Program-made: the position numbers and the translations under genes
Shown here: positions 13,551 through 25,625 of the stretch, one piece after another
Numbering within the stretch: position 1 is the first letter of the stretch
Layout of the letters: each line of letters starts with the position of its first letter
Source: Minutocellus sp. GHC0000111
Lineage: Eukaryota
Length of the DNA: 64,000 nucleotides
Reading direction: 5' to 3'
NCBI GenBank assembly: GCA_977018835.1
Contig: OZ361260.1
Span: 1,984,001 to 2,048,000, forward strand
Notes under the pieces: generated by a model
What the model saw: only the letters and a program-made list of their open reading frames with translations
Told to the model about the DNA's origin: nothing
Databases searched by the model: none

Positions 13551-14234
13551 GTCTACATGTAGATCTAAAACGTTTATCAAATTGTCATCTTTACATGTAG
13601 GGCAAGATCCTTATTCGTAGTGATGTTGAGTGCCACTGTACATGTAGGAATGAGAATTCCTAGTCTACGAGGTCACGGACAGCAGTTTCAGGGACCCGGT
13701 TTTCGGGTCTTTGGGCAAAATCTCATAAAAATCAGCACAAACGCACACAGCAAGCAGCATTTATTTGCTATCGTCCTGTCTTCAAGATGGCGGTGACGGC
13801 AGTGCCGACGGCATCCGCTTCACGCAAGGGATAAGCGTGGTATCTCCAGAACGGGTTGGTCCTTGACCTTGGACCGACTCGGAGACATCGACTTCATCTT
13901 CCCATGCCAGCGTCTGGCCGATTCACCCCATCCATCGCCCCTCCCGACTTCTGCCAGTTTTTCCGATGACAACCGGTCACCTCCTCCACCTCCCGACCCC
14001 ACCACCACCTCCCAAATGCATTGATTCAAGTAGCCATATGGTTTGAGCTCCGATATCGGTCTCCATGGTCCCCATAATGGCGCATCTTATGCGGTCCGGG
14101 TGACCCCGCGCCAAAGTCGAGCGGCGGGCCAAAAAAATAATCACCCGCCCGGCGCGCCCGCCACTCAATGAAACCTTCCTCATTTCCAACCCACCCGACA
14201 TACAAACTGTTGCTCTACTGCCACAAAATACTGC

Positions 14235-15896
14235 ATGTCCAACACCATGTTAATGCAAATGGCTGTTACTACTGCTGCCACCGCAGCTGATGCGCCAGCA
14301 TGTCGCCGCTCCCGTCGGTCCGGCAGCTCCATCCCATGCTTTGATTATTTTGTCCATCGGAGCGGCAGCACCATCGATGCCTCTACGATTCGTGGCAAGT
14401 CTCCTGGGATGATCCAGACCATAGCGAACCGGGCATGGGCGGGCCTCTCACTTCAGAAACAGCAGGATGTTGTGGAGCAAGCCCGAGAGGAGGAGCTGTG
14501 CTGTCCGAGCCAGACCGGTCCTGATCCGGCACAAGATGTGCCGATTTCTCAAATTCAAATTGCTCGGCGCAATTCGTCATCCAATAACGCAGATGCCAGC
14601 CCTGAGCCGACGGTCGAGGACAATGCTGGTGTCGCTGCTCGTCCTGGTGATGACAATGTCGAAGCTGGGGGCATCGCCGAGTCCATGGTGGTGGATGGAA
14701 GCGGCAACAGTGAAGAATCTGGCAATCCTGCCAGTGTCGGTGTTTCTGCTACCGGCACCGCCAATTCTGGTGGATCGACCGAGGAGAATTTGGATGTGCT
14801 GCTGGTTGAGGCCGAAGCGCAATAACACAAAGCTGCAGAGGAGGCTTTGAAAGGGCTAAGGGATGCCTTGAAACGAGAAAAGCGGAAGGATGAAAAGGCC
14901 ATGGCCGATGCCGAGAAGAAAAGGAACAAAATGAAGGATGAGAACGGCAATTTACCGAATGGAAAGAAGCGAGTTCTCCTCGTGCATTGCGATGAGAAAT
15001 GGTTCTGGGGTCTCGTCCTCCGAGCTTTTGCGAAGGCTTGCGAGGAAATCGGCGTGAAAAAGCGAGATTACGCGGCCTTTCACAGGAGCCACATCAACAA
15101 GGTCATGGCCATTGCATTTGTTGCCGCTGTCTTTGACGGTTCTCTTGAGAGTGGGTGCGAGGTTGTAAAACTGCCACTGGTACGAGCTCAAGCTCCTAAA
15201 ATAGCGGAGCGAGCTCAGTACGAAGCAGTGTCACAGCCTGATGGTTCAATACGGCACCCAAATGCCAACCCCGATGGGACACCAAAGGAACCTCTTCGCC
15301 GGAAAGGAGAGTCGTTTCTTGTTGATTGTTGCGTTACTGGATCGAACGAAGGCACCAAAAAGGAATGCTCTTTGCTCCTCGTATTCAAGGAGACTATTTT
15401 CCCAGCGATTCTCAACCTTGTCGGTCCGGGCAAGCAATACGAAGATTGCCATGTTATTATCCAGGGCGACCAGGCCGGGCCTCACGAGGACGGAACCTTC
15501 ACGCAATTTGTTACTAACTTCTGTGCTGAGCAAGGCTGGACGTGGCAGCCACAGGCACCGCAGATGCCTCACGCCAACGTCCTTGACTTGAGCGTGTTCC
15601 CCGCGATGAGCCGGCGGCACTCGGAATGGGCACGAAAAATGGTAGGCACCTCCGTCATTTCCACCGACCAGATCTGGGACACTGCCGAGGACGTTTACGA
15701 TAGCATGCCTAACTGCAAAATTGCTTCGGCCTTCATTCAGTACTGGAGGATAATGGGCCTGGTGATTAAGGCCGGTGGTAGCAATGAGTTTGTTGGAAGG
15801 TTGGGTGACGAAAACTTGCACACTGGAATTAGGATCGACTTCAACGAAACGGCCAAGGGGATGGAGCCCTCAGCTCGTCATCCTTCTAATAAATAG
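14235..15896 (+). pseudogene. Family A DD38D transposase, defective (in-frame TAA 14823-25; HTH region apparently deleted)
   Basis: VHCDEKWFWG, IIQGDQAGPH, QAPQMPHANVLDLSVF. Aligns by eye with the family B transposase but lacks the segment between the coiled coil and LPNGKKRVLL. Confidence 0.85.
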
Positions 15897-15991
15897 ATAG
15901 TATTAATATCTTTACACATGTATTAAATTAATGTTACACGTCTACAAATTATGTATAGATCTACATGTAAGATGCAGCAGCATTGGTTTGT

Positions 15992-17125
15992 TTACATCAC
16001 GGTGGGCTTCTTTGTTCTTCTATTTCTACCGGTATTCTTTTTTGCCTCCTTGGCCTTCTTATGATCATTAGAAAGCCACACAGCGTGGAGGGACTGACGA
16101 ATCTTTCCGCGCTTCACACCATATGCATCGGCAAGTTTATTGTCAGTGAGGGCAGGGTGAGCAGTTGGTTGTTTACTCCCATCCTCATATCCCAACTTAT
16201 ATGCATCTAATGCAATCTTGTCAGTAGATAATGCAATAGAGAATTCTATTGTCTTGTTATCATACAATCCGAGTTCTCTGCTTCTCCACCCTTTTGGGTA
16301 GGCACCACGACCCTCTCTTACTTGGCGATCGACTTCGATCATGCCTAGCACTGTGGTGACCGCTACCTCGCTACCCCAACCAGGAACTTGTTTGAAGGGG
16401 AGGTAGACCCCTTTCTCTTTTCTTCTTGGTTCGGGCCTCTGACTACATGTGGGTGACTTGTAGTTCTTTATATCTTGTGGTAGTGGTGCTTCTCCGTACG
16501 TCAAAAAGCACGCAAGCCTCCGATGTTCCTCAACCTCTCGTTCAATCTGTCGTTCGGTTGGTTCGGTTGGAGGCAAGGGCTCCAAGATGGTAGGGGATGA
16601 CAATTGAAGGTTGCTGAACGACGGGCATGAGCGGCTTGGGGTAAGAGCATACTGAGTATGAACTGACATTGGACTTGTTACCATGGGCGTGGCGGAGGGA
16701 AGGTCGAATGAGCTCACGGGCTTTCTCCTCTCGCCGCTTGGCTTTGCGTCGGCGGTTGCTATGCTCATCTCTGAGAATGAATCATCATCAGAATGAGATG
16801 AAACGGTAGCGGTACCGCGAAAGTCGGCACGCAATATGTCATGATGCATGTACTTCCTTGCTTGGGCTTGTTCGGCGGCGAAGCCATCCTCTTCGTTGTA
16901 CTCGCGTCGATATTTCAACACACGAGGAGATGTGAGGTCTGACGATGCCGGTGGGACCCCTTGGTTGTCCTCCTCGTCATCGTTGTCCTTGTTCTCTCGA
17001 TACCGCGGATGTTCCGGCGTTTCGTTGGAAGTTTCCTTCTCATGGCGCGAGGGGCTGAATGCAGTCGCCTCGGCGCGTTTCGGTGGACGCGGTGGACTGA
17101 AGATGTGTCCCTTTGGAGTATCCAT
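15992..17125 (-). CDS. Uncharacterised transposon-borne protein (377 aa from first ATG) with possible C-terminal HTH
   Basis: Long open frame entirely inside the TIRs, convergent with the transposase. C-terminal LTDNKLADAYGVKRGKIRQSL is HTH-like and is followed by a basic tail. Confidence 0.6.
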   Translation of the reverse strand: MDTPKGHIFSPPRPPKRAEATAFSPSRHEKETSNETPEHPRYRENKDNDDEEDNQGVPPASSDLTSPRVLKYRREYNEEDGFAAEQAQARKYMHHDILRADFRGTATVSSHSDDDSFSEMSIATADAKPSGERRKPVSSFDLPSATPMVTSPMSVHTQYALTPSRSCPSFSNLQLSSPTILEPLPPTEPTERQIEREVEEHRRLACFLTYGEAPLPQDIKNYKSPTCSQRPEPRRKEKGVYLPFKQVPGWGSEVAVTTVLGMIEVDRQVREGRGAYPKGWRSRELGLYDNKTIEFSIALSTDKIALDAYKLGYEDGSKQPTAHPALTDNKLADAYGVKRGKIRQSLHAVWLSNDHKKAKEAKKNTGRNRRTKKPTVM

Positions 17126-17395
17126 GAGTATGGAAGCTTCTTGAAGCGCCAGTCGGCAGAAGTTGCCCAGTCTATTTGTGGTAATTGCTTGGAGGTCGGT
17201 TGTTGACGGATGTGTTTTGATTTGCTTGCTTTGCCGCGTGTTTTTCAAGGTGCGCGCAAACCGCCGTGTCGGAAAGTCCAAAGACCCCAAAAAACGGGTC
17301 CCCGAAATTGCTGTCCCGGACCTCGTACCGACGAAAATTCTCGTTTCGTTTACCAATATTGGTACTGTTAAAAAAATCAGTCAGTTCGTCGTCTA

Positions 17396-17779
17396 CAGTC
17401 CGTCCCCGAAAATAAGCATATTTGACATGCTTGTTTTGGGCCTACCCTAATTGTCATAGAAAACCTATGAGCTTTTTTGGAGCCGGCTCAAAATCTATGA
17501 CCTTTTTCCCATGCAAAACCTATGCCAAAATGGCTTTGTGTTGTTAGTTTTCATTGTCAAAATCTAAGTTTTGCTGCTCTTGGGCGCTAGACTTTTGCAA
17601 ATTTTCGCTGGCGCAAAACCCAAATTAAGGGGAAGTGAAGTGTCTTGTTGTTACATGCACCCTTAAATCCACGCCATGCATGTGTACAAGCAGTGATGTC
17701 AGTGTTTGCACCAGCAACAATAGTGAAAACCTATGCCAAACAGAAAACCTATGAGCTTCTTTGGAGCCGCCTCAAAATC
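17396..17779 (+). mobile_element. Left end of a CAGTCCGT-family Tc1/mariner element (also at 35663-36046)
   Basis: TA + CAGTCCGTCCCCGAAAATAAGCA. Internal direct repeat AGAAAACCTATGAGCTTYTTTGGAGCCGSCTCAAAATC at ~17458 and ~17742. Confidence 0.75.
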
Positions 17780-18574
17780 GTATACGTGCCTCATTAGTGC
17801 GATGGCTCGAAATGGAAAGATGGAGGAGGCGAATGCCCTCCTCAGTGCCATGGAGTCCGCCAACGTCAGACCAACTACTATTATGTACAATGCATTTATT
17901 GCTGCAGCCTTGGCAGACGCACCGCCGCGAGTTTCTTCGACATCCGATGCTGGTCCTGATAGCAGCAATTTGGACGAGGAGCACAGACAGTACAACAATC
18001 GGATCGTAGATTCGCTCAAACTTCTGGGACGTATGGTCAAGTCCAAAGTTCGGCCCAATGAGATAACGATATCGACCATTGTCGCTGGTATGGGCAAGTG
18101 CTACCCTCCTCGCATCGAGGAAGCCAAGTCAATTGTAGCTAAACTGAATGCGGACGGAACGATATCCCGAGGTGACGAACGCATTGGGACCGCTCTGATA
18201 CACACGTGCGGAGACAATGGAGACTTCGGAGGGTCCTTGGAAGCGTACAATGGTATCGCCGAGCCGGACATCATCGCTTTGAATGCTTTCCTCGATGCAT
18301 GCTGCAAGTGCGGCAAGGTCAAAATAGCGTTGGAAACATTTGAAGCCACTTTTTCTACCGGTGCTCCCGGCGATGCACGCGCGAGAGGAAGAAAAGCTAA
18401 CGGAAGATCTCGAATGCTACGACCAGATGTTGTGTCGTATACAGCTTTGATTTCGGCTCTCCTCGAGATGGGAAGCCCAGCTGCTAGTCAGAGAGCACAC
18501 AAACTGTACGATGACATGAAATCATCCTGGGGCATTGTTCCGGATACTGCCCTCATTGATATCATTCTTTCAGC
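17778..18574 (+). pseudogene. Duplicated internal fragment of the PPR gene (= 41479-42275)
   Basis: Offset 23701. At least three substitutions visible in the translations (TTIM/TTIT, DAPP/DAAP, AEPD/AEQD). Confidence 0.92.
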
Positions 18575-18632
18575 ACATGTAGACTAGGAATTCCTACTAC
18601 CGGTACATGTGTGTACTCAATGTAAGCTGGGT

Positions 18633-21251
18633 TCATCTTTGCCGCCCTCGCTTTGCCTTCTGTCTCCTCCTTGCACTTCTCCATCTTTCAAGCAATGACC
18701 TTGGAACTGTTTCAGCATCTGGAAAGGCATCACATGTAGATCTACTCGCTCCATTGCGTATTGGCGCCGTTGCAAATGATTTCGTTGGACACGCCCTACA
18801 TGTAGCACGTTTCACCTCCTTCAAACCACCATAGCTGATTTCAGCAGGCACATCTTGCTGATCTACACATACATGTGGATCTAGATCAAGTTGTTCGGAT
18901 TCGTTGAAAGGGAAGAATAATTCCACCTCGGCGTCTCCTTCGGCAGCTATTAATGTGCGGCAGCATAGCTGATAGGTCGAGAAAGAACGCCATGCATTGC
19001 CAACGATTCCTGCTTGAGAACTACCAGGCAGCAAATCCTTCACAGCGGTGGCATTTGAAATCGACTCTGTCTCTTCAGCTGCACTACATGTACTTGAAGT
19101 AGAATTCCCATCAGTTGATCTAGGAGCTAGTACATTCGCACTGAAATTTTCTGTCGATTGCTGCAGCAAAGTTGAAAAGGCGTCCTTGACAATCTGATCT
19201 CGTGACGGAAAAAGTGAAGAAACGACAGCCTTCGTCCCTTGAAAGCACCGATGATATTCTGTACTCAGTTTTACAAGGGGTTTTACCGATATGATGTCAA
19301 GACGAGGAGGGACTGGTGGGTGTTTGAGCGGAAGAGGAACCAATGAGTTGGTATTAGTGACAAAACCTTCTTGTCGATCTTTCTCCTTCTGATACGTTAG
19401 GATCGCAACAACAACGGCAGATGCACATTTTTGCGAGCCACCGACCTCAAGGATTTCGAGAGACGTCGAAGAAGCAAGCGACTGGAAATCAATACACGTA
19501 GGTGATTCACTACAGAGCGATAAGACCGAATCGGCCGCTCTTTTTGCAATCTCCCTAGTCCCCCCAGATGACAGAATTGCTGACGCAACCAACACGGTTA
19601 TATCAGCAACTATGGATTCCTCCCCAGGCGGTTGGGAATGCCAAATTTTAGGCTCGTCTAAAATAAGAGGCTCGCCCAACTTGTCAATAGATAGATCTAT
19701 ATCTGTCTGCTCGCCTCCTCCACAACCCGCGAGAGACGGGGTCAGAGTTGACAATGATGTGCTCGTCTCTTCTCCCATCTTTGGGAAAAAGAGGTCGAAT
19801 CCAAATTGTGTTTGTTCGCCAGCAATTCCATTACTTTCATGTTCTCCAATGACGAGCAGAATTTCCTGGTCATGTGTATCCTGACCGAGAGTAAGACCTT
19901 GATCATTATGGCTCTTACACGTAGATTCCTCACCAATAGGAGAAAGGGGAACTTTCTCACGCTCATCGTGGACAATTGATCCAATGACAAAATTATCACC
20001 AAACTGAGAGCATTCTAGATTGCCCGATAGACTGCTGATTTCGGATCCTGTAGTAGATATCGTTGACGAAAGGAAAAATGGCCCCTTGCCATCATCATAA
20101 CTAGAGTTGAATTTCTTGACCTGAACCGCCTTGGGGACGAGACTAGATCTATCTGCTGTCAGCTCGCTGGGCGGAGCTGGAGGAAAAGCTTCCTCCCCCA
20201 TTACCACTGATTTTCTACATGTAGGCCTACTCTCTAGTAAGCCTACCGGCGACCCGGTTAGAGGTTTCGCATCCATTGACCTTTCAGGAGCTTCCCAGAT
20301 TGTTGGTTCTTCAGCCGAACCCTCACGAACGCTATGCGCACCTTCGATAGATCTAGTAGAGTTCGAAGGGTCCAATCTGATCTTCACGTTTGTAGAAAGT
20401 TTCTGTTTCTTTGATAGATTTTCCCTGCATTGAGCACTTGCAGATAATATGGCTTCGTCGCCGTCGCCGTCGTGGTGGTGAAACCCAAGATATCGATCCC
20501 CAGGAGAATACTCTTCAATAATTGATTCATCGTCCTCTTCATCAAAAGTTTCTTGGCTCAACACTACAATTTGCCGTTCTCTTTCTGCGCCATTGATAAG
20601 CATCATTGTAACTTCTTTTGCTCGAGCAGAAGTGGTATCGATCCCGTCAACCTCGACGGCAACGTCGCAGACTGCTACCTGATCGAAGATTGGGCTCTCT
20701 TCTTTTATGCTTTTAATCGCAGGACCTAGTGGGGATGTATAAAGAACAGCGCCAACCTTTCCAGGCGGAATTAGCACGGTTCGGCACGAATAGGGCATGC
20801 GTGGAGGTGGTACATGTATGCCGGACCTTGATCGTCTTTCTCTGACGTGCTTCGACTCAATTGACAGACGAGTTGAGTATTTGCCCTTCTTTAGAAGACG
20901 CACTGACATTGTCTCAGTTCCATCCATATCCGCTTTGGTGGAATTGTTGTTGGTGATTGTATATTCAAATGTTTTGCTTTTATCATCGCCAGGATCGCCT
21001 TGGACGGTACTAGAAGTAGCGTTGGTACCACCTGCCTAATCTTGGCTCGATGGGGGCGACCTACTTGTAGTATGTACGTCTTTGCTCCTAGAGTCATTCT
21101 GCGCATCGTCACGTTGCTCAGCAACATTCGGCTCTATATCAATTTTTCTACGGGTAGACGATATCGTGGTGCTTGAGAGTGGGTCTCGTCGACGGGGAGA
21201 CGTAATCGTACTCGGACTGGTGCTACTAGCAGAACAAGGAAGTTGCGCCAT
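18633..21251 (-). CDS. PDZ-domain protein (764 aa from 20927; frame extends to an ATG at 21251 across an in-frame TAG at 21036-38)
   Basis: RTVLIPPGKVGAVLYTSPLGPAIKSIKEESPIFDQVAVCDVAVEVDGIDT is a diatom-style PDZ; the remainder is low complexity. Confidence 0.65.
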
Positions 21252-21710
21252 CTCTACCTTCTCGTCTTTTATCTAGACCGTAAAGTAATGATCAATCGTT
21301 CTTTGGCCAAGTGCGCGGCTACCAGCACGGCTACCCATTGTCGACAACAAAGTGGTGGTGGGGGCCCATTTTGCTTCTTTCTGCTCCGCCGAGCTTTCGA
21401 TTTCGTCGAGTTTCATCTTCGACGACAAGTCAGGTTTGCATGTAGGAATTGCCACAAAGCGATCAGGAGCAGACTTGCATCTGCCCATCGAACCACCTGA
21501 TCCTCGTGCTCTTTGCCGACCGGGGGCGGCAACCGAAGAAGGATCCCTCATATTATGATGGATGGACCCAATCACTTTCGGCGATAGTGTGATCGGCCCA
21601 AGGACCGGCCGGCTTGCGGCCGCGGCCGGCCGGCGCGATCTGAGTGCAAAAAATGTCGTTGGCGGCATTTATTCTGGCATGTAGGAAGCAATTGAAGGAA
21701 GGATGGCGCA

Positions 21711-22826
21711 TTGCCAATCAGCACCATGGCAGGAAGCCCCACCGCCTCATACTTGTTTGGGCTCATATGGATATCAATGGCAATCGGTGCTGCAAATGTA
21801 TTTCTGGTTGGTCATCATCAACTCGCCAAGCGCCAAGACGTCGTTGTGCCGTTACATGTACCAGCGAATGCACACCGCACCAAGAGGAAGAAGCGTCGGC
21901 TCGAGGAAGATGACTTCGACCCTGATCACCGACAGCGCATTTATCACCAGCGTTTGCTGAATTCACGCTACGCTCGATATCATTCTTCGTATTCAAATTC
22001 AAACAGCACAGAATTCCTCCTGAAACCAACTGACTCGATCTACAGAGTTGACTTCGCCTCTCCCATCGTTCTTGAGGAGCACCGTTTGGTCTTCTTTGCA
22101 GTGCCAAAGGCAGCTTGTACTGTTTTCAAGCAATTATTTCGAAGAATGTCTGGTTACCGCAACTGGCACAAACAGAACAATGATTTGCCTCACAATCTTC
22201 GAGTTAATGGACTGAAGCTACTTCGAGATTACTCAGTGGAGAGTGCAAATGACATGCTGACGAATAGAACATGGACAAGGGCAATATTCGTCAGGGATCC
22301 GCACGAGCGACTACTCTCGGCCTATTTGGACAAAGGCAGGAAGGAAAAACTCATAAACAAATGGTGCTGCCCGGAGACGAACGATTGTGGCAGTCTTTCG
22401 GCAAAGTCATTCAAAAATTTTCTGACCGAGGTGACGCCAAATTGTTTAAATGATCATTGGAGCCTTCAAGCTCGTCGATTTGAACCCAAATTCTTTTATT
22501 CAATCAACTTTGTTGGACGCGTCGAGAATGCTTCCCAAGATACACAACAAATGTTGACTGAGATGGGACGGAGAAACCATGTGAACGACGGGGGTGGCGA
22601 TGCTCTTTGGAATAAATATTGTGCCAGTGGTTGGGGGCAGAATGGTTCTGAGCATATATTTCAGCGCATTAGCAACATCCGGCATGGTACTTCATCAAGC
22701 GATAAGATGAAACAGTACTACAGCTCACCTGAGATTGAACGATTGGCTGAAGAGATGCTTCGATTGGATCTTGAGCATCCTCTGTTCCAGTTCTCGCCAT
22801 CTTTATCGCCATCATTATCAGCGTGA
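21711..22826 (+). CDS. Carbohydrate sulfotransferase (Sulfotransfer_2 / CHST-like), type II membrane
   Basis: N-terminal TM; 5'-PSB motif FAVPKAACTVFK; 3'-PB motif FVRDPHERLLSAYLDK; NDHWSLQ; FVGRVEN. Confidence 0.9.
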   Translation: MPISTMAGSPTASYLFGLIWISMAIGAANVFLVGHHQLAKRQDVVVPLHVPANAHRTKRKKRRLEEDDFDPDHRQRIYHQRLLNSRYARYHSSYSNSNSTEFLLKPTDSIYRVDFASPIVLEEHRLVFFAVPKAACTVFKQLFRRMSGYRNWHKQNNDLPHNLRVNGLKLLRDYSVESANDMLTNRTWTRAIFVRDPHERLLSAYLDKGRKEKLINKWCCPETNDCGSLSAKSFKNFLTEVTPNCLNDHWSLQARRFEPKFFYSINFVGRVENASQDTQQMLTEMGRRNHVNDGGGDALWNKYCASGWGQNGSEHIFQRISNIRHGTSSSDKMKQYYSSPEIERLAEEMLRLDLEHPLFQFSPSLSPSLSA

Positions 22827-23013
22827 CGGTAAGATCTACGTTCAGGAGTTGCTTGATCTATAGCTACATGTAGGAGTTCTATCGTGCCGTACGGTACCGG
22901 TACATGTACCTTCAATCGCAATGCAATATGTATGTAAACATGTGTAGAAATTTAGTGCATGTGCACAATGCAATCTCGTACTACTGGTAGATCTACATGT
23001 ACATGTATAAGTA

Positions 23014-24690
23014 GAGTAAATCTCATATTAAGAAATGTACCCGATTAAGAAATAGGGTATCTGAGGGCCCAGACCAGGATATCTGGGTGTCTCTCTACTA
23101 GCTTTTACTAGTAGAGGCACTGCTGGTACCGGTAACAGGCATAGATCTACGGGTAGGTGGCTGGATCTACCTGTACAGGATGAGGGCAATTAGATCTGCT
23201 ACATGTATGTGCACAGACTGTACCGGTAGATCTAGATGTAGTCTACATTGGTCTCGCAACAAGGATTACATTGTGCATTTAGAATCTTTTTAAAAAATTA
23301 ATTTGCCGATGGCTTCTCGTGGTCGTCCTCTTTCCACTCTTCATATAGCTCAAATGCATCCATGAGCTCATTGTACTCTAGATCTTTAATTTGGCCTCTT
23401 TCATTGGGCCCATAAACAGCAGCATCGCCTTCGTCAAATTCCACTTTCCAGTGCATTTTCGAGGACCGTTATCTGGGAACCCACTGTCAACGACGGTGCC
23501 AAAGCAGAGCCGCGGCCCGCCGTCTTCTGCTCTATCTTCTACGTGATACTTTGCTACCCGCTTTTCATAATACTCTTCTCCATGGTCAGGTCCGTCATCG
23601 TCGCCCTCCTCCTCACTTCCGATCTGGTCATCGCGATCTCCATCGTTGTGATCTCCATCACCAGCAGCAGCCGCCGGTAGAGAGTCGCAATAGCCCTGTA
23701 GCTTGGCCCCATTATCATTGCTTATCTCCTTGGCAAGACATTTTATGTGCTCGGGCTTGCTCTTACTGCTTTGGATCGTGACATAATACACCTTGCGGAG
23801 CAAAGCAGCGAGATGAGCCTTCGGCACTTTGCGCTTGTTCTTCTCACACGCAGCTTCGAGATCATCGCCGACATTACACACCGAGAAGAGAGCCCTGGCG
23901 GCTGCGGGTGCCGTGTCATCAAGCTTCTGATTATCCTCCTCCCTTTTCTTGCCGGCCCTCTCCTGCTCAGCGCGCTGAGTCGCAGCGACCGATGTTGAAT
24001 CGCAGCGACCGATGATGAGAGAGCAAGATGATCTCGGACTCTCTTCATTCGTTCAGGGTGGGTCATGTGGCCACAGTGACCTTGGATGTATCAAGCTTCC
24101 TCGCCGATATCTTCAGTACGGCTCCCTCCCCACCGGCGTCAGCAATTATTCTGCTCCGAGTGAGCTCCGTTTCGGTCGTTGTGCTCCATCTGTCTATGGC
24201 CGATGGCAAGATCGAGGGCAGGGTTGGGCTTTGCACCAACCCGCTGATTACGATACGCTACCATGTGGCCCAAGTGAGCTTGACTCACCGGCAACATGCG
24301 TCATTCTCGGGCGCGATTTTTCCCCCCCGAGAACTGCTCACATGGATCGAAAGAGCTCATTGAGAGGAGTCCAAAACCGTGCCATTTGCAAAAATCTGAG
24401 GAGCGGATCAAAAGATACATGGGTTTTAGTAAGTTCAATGCTTCTACTAGCTTTCACTAGCATTGCTTTAACACGGTGAAGTTAGCATTTCTTAATTAGG
24501 GAAAATCTGCTGGTCAACCGAAAACCCACCAAAACTCGACGAAGAAACGGAATTTTTCCACCGTTTCAAATTTTCCCCACACCTACTCATCAAGAGCTGT
24601 CGAAATCCGTGCCATTTGGAAAGTTTCGACGAATCTCCGGAAAACTGGAGATTTTTCAATTCTCAATTTCTTAATCAGAAAGATTTGCTC
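23014..24690 (-). mobile_element. Degenerate DNA-transposon-like remnant with a Tudor-like domain
   Basis: Imperfect inverted ends GAG(T/C)AAATCT...ATTAAGAAAT. Broken minus-strand ORF with KRVAKY...FGTVV...W.VEFDEGD. Confidence 0.4.
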
Positions 24691-24975
24691 TCTAGAGTCT
24701 GCGTAAACGTTAATCAAATTGTCATCTTGAGAACAAGATCATGAGAGTCAAGGCAATTCACTACATGCTACTTATATGTGTTGCAGTGGTGGTCTGCTTT
24801 CTGCTCTCTGACCTTTCTGGCGGTCTGGTCCTTGGAGTCAGAGGCTGGCTTGGTTGGTTCCTTTTTTCGCAGGAGCGCAGATGTTCTCTGTTCCTAGCCT
24901 TCTTCCATCATCTTGTTCTAGGACCTAGCAAGCTAGCTACCGGCACGCAGTAGAGTAAACTCTGTTTGCCTACAT

Positions 24976-25625
24976 ATGTGATGAATCCAGCTCCGCCAAC
25001 AACTTGCTGTTGCTTTTTTGCTCTCTCTCTCTGCTCCTTGCTTTCCGCTTCCTGCCAGGGATCGCTGCCCGCGAGGTGCTCGCCCCCCAAACACCCGTGC
25101 ATCGGGTGTTTTATGCGGGTGTGTGCCCACACCCGGCACCCACCCGCGTCAAGTTGCGACACCCGCACCCGCACCCGGTGCCCGGGTCTTTGGAGATTCC
25201 TCCTCGGGTGTTGAAATCGATCCAAATGACGTCAAAAAGAAGAAAAATTTTGCTAAAAATATGATGAAAATGTGACGTGTGACACCCGATTCGCGGGTGC
25301 TACCCGGGTACTCGGACACCGGGTACCCGCACCCGGTACACACCCGCCATTCAGAAGGTTCTGCTACCCGGTACCCGATACTCACCCGCCTAATTTTCAA
25401 CACAGAACACCCGGACCCGGTACCTACCCGGCTACAATTTTGAGCGGGTAGCAAACTGCTTCCTGCTCTCCATCAACTATACTCCTAATTCCCGATAGGA
25501 GCTTTTAGTACTGAAAAAACAAAAATTTGGCCTCTCTCTTCAAGACCGGCGCGCAATGCGCCATGGCAAAAAGATGAGCCGAGCCATTTAGATCGACTCT
25601 CGCTCTTAGCCGGCAATAACAAAGC
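24976..25625 (+). repeat. 650-bp duplicate of the epimerase upstream region (= 36277-36926)
   Basis: Offset 11301; identical by eye. Confidence 0.93.
25056..25458. mobile_element. hAT-type MITE (403 bp), copy 1
   Basis: 8-bp TSD CTTCCTGC (25048-55, 25459-66); CAG...CTG termini with imperfect TIR; many ACCCG/CGGGT subterminal repeats. Confidence 0.85.

Larger units (their letters stand above)
13668..17325 (+). mobile_element. Mariner-like DNA transposon family A (3658 bp), copy 1
   Basis: Imperfect ~45-bp TIRs CGAGGTC(AC/CG)GGACAGCA(G/A)TTTC(A/G)GGGACCCG..., TA at 13666-67 and 17326-27. Carries a DEKWF transposase and a convergent second ORF. Confidence 0.92.
11318..18011 (+). repeat. 6694-bp direct duplication, copy 1 (= 29585-36278, offset 18267)
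   Basis: All ORFs repeat at +18267. Only one substitution noticed by eye (ATCGATGCC ~14378 vs ATCGACGCC ~32645). Confidence 0.97.

Noticed and set aside
15992..17125. Transposon ORF2 as a Fanzor/TnpB RNA-guided nuclease
   Set aside because: No RuvC-like D/E/D motifs or CxxC zinc-ribbon pairs are visible, and the ORF reads away from the near TIR into the transposase 3' end.
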